45,123 nt of DNA from a virus. How positions within the stretch are numbered: position 1 is the first letter of the stretch; each line of letters begins with the position of its first letter. Shown in pieces: positions 44,690-45,123 of this stretch. Made by a program: the position numbers and the translations under genes. The stretch lies in UHGV virus genome UHGV-1374414. One strand, given 5' to 3'. The notes under the pieces were generated by a model. That model made no database searches and was not told where the DNA came from. It saw only the letters and a list, made by a program, of their open reading frames with translations.

Positions 44690-44873
44690 TTATTCAGTCT
44701 CAGACGAGGGGGGCCACTGACCCCCGTCTAGTCTGAAAGACTGGGGTGCTGTCCCGCTGTCCCGCTCCTCTGGAAGCCGCGCCATCCGGGGCGGGACTGG
44801 GGTGCTGTCCCGCTTTGTCCCGCCCCTTGTTTGTCCCGCTTTTTGTCCCGCTTACTTTATGCAATAAAACTGC
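44690..44873. repeat. composite repeat element copy 2 (hairpins + TGTCCCGC iteron array), near primase gene 3' end
   Basis: About 85 percent identical to 27745-27918 in same orientation; five to six TGTCCCGC iterons; AT-rich tract follows. Confidence 0.8.
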
Positions 44874-44900
44874 ATAACTATTCACTATATCTACACTACA

Positions 44901-45002
44901 CGGCAACCAATGCGACCAGCTAAAAACACTCAATCCGGCAACCAATGCTCGCACAAATTAATCGTTTAGCGATATGGGGATTCCCATATCGGCAACCAAT
45001 GC
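44901..45002. repeat. three direct repeats of CGGCAACCAATGC plus a 20-bp palindrome
   Basis: Repeats at 44901-44913, 44936-44948, 44990-45002; palindrome GATATGGGGATTCCCATATC at 44971-44990. Confidence 0.7.
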
Positions 45003-45014
45003 GCGCAGAATTTA

Positions 45015-45123
45015 ATCTTTTAAATCATCATCGGTCGCCGAAAGCGTGATGGGTATATTCGTTTTAATGACGATATTCGACGACCCATAGATGGCCCCGG
45101 TATGCGGATCGGTATAAAAACCG
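45015..45123 (-). CDS. 3' end of the same primase/helicase gene if the sequence is circular (stop TAA at 45012-45014)
   Basis: Minus-strand frame open from right edge to TAA. The 2 leftover nt at positions 2-1 plus 1 nt at 45123 make an in-frame CTC codon, giving ...DMVERGV-L-GFYTDPHTGAIYGSSNIVIK...DDDLKD*. Confidence 0.55.

Noticed and set aside
44700-44954. 84-aa minus-strand ORF across repeat copy 2
   Set aside because: Same reasoning as for 27755-28066; lies in a non-coding control region with promoter and operator-like repeats.
1-45123. Lysogeny module (integrase, CI-like repressor, attP)
   Set aside because: No tyrosine/serine recombinase-like ORF was recognised. The HTH protein at 2164-2493 is the only repressor-like candidate, which is insufficient to call the phage temperate.

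Overview
The window reads as a complete, circularly permuted genome (45,123 bp) of a tailed dsDNA phage of enterobacteria with a lambda-like tail-tip module; no integrase, rRNA, tRNA or CRISPR array was found. A plus-strand early/replication module (2893-15665) carries an acidic repeat protein, a Cas4-like PD-(D/E)XK nuclease, an SSB-like protein, a family A DNA polymerase, HNH and VRR-NUC nucleases, an SNF2-type helicase, C5 and Dam methyltransferases and a HAD phosphatase. The minus strand carries an HTH protein and a primase/helicase whose reading frame runs off the left edge and continues in frame at the right edge, then small early genes, holin/endolysin, an HTH-metallophosphoesterase, terminase, portal, spanins, scaffold, capsid and the tail genes (G/G-T frameshift, tape measure, M/L/K/I/J, tail fibre). 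Most notable are: (1) a 170-aa truncated beta-sliding-clamp (DnaN) homologue on its own promoter inside the structural module; (2) a duplicated ~180-bp element (hairpins plus a TGTCCCGC iteron array) present once between the G-T chaperone and tape measure genes and once beside the primase gene; (3) an enriched ATTGGTTGCA / GCAACCAAT motif built into sigma70-like promoters and operator-like arrays. All calls rest on reading the sequence and remembered family motifs; no database search was run.
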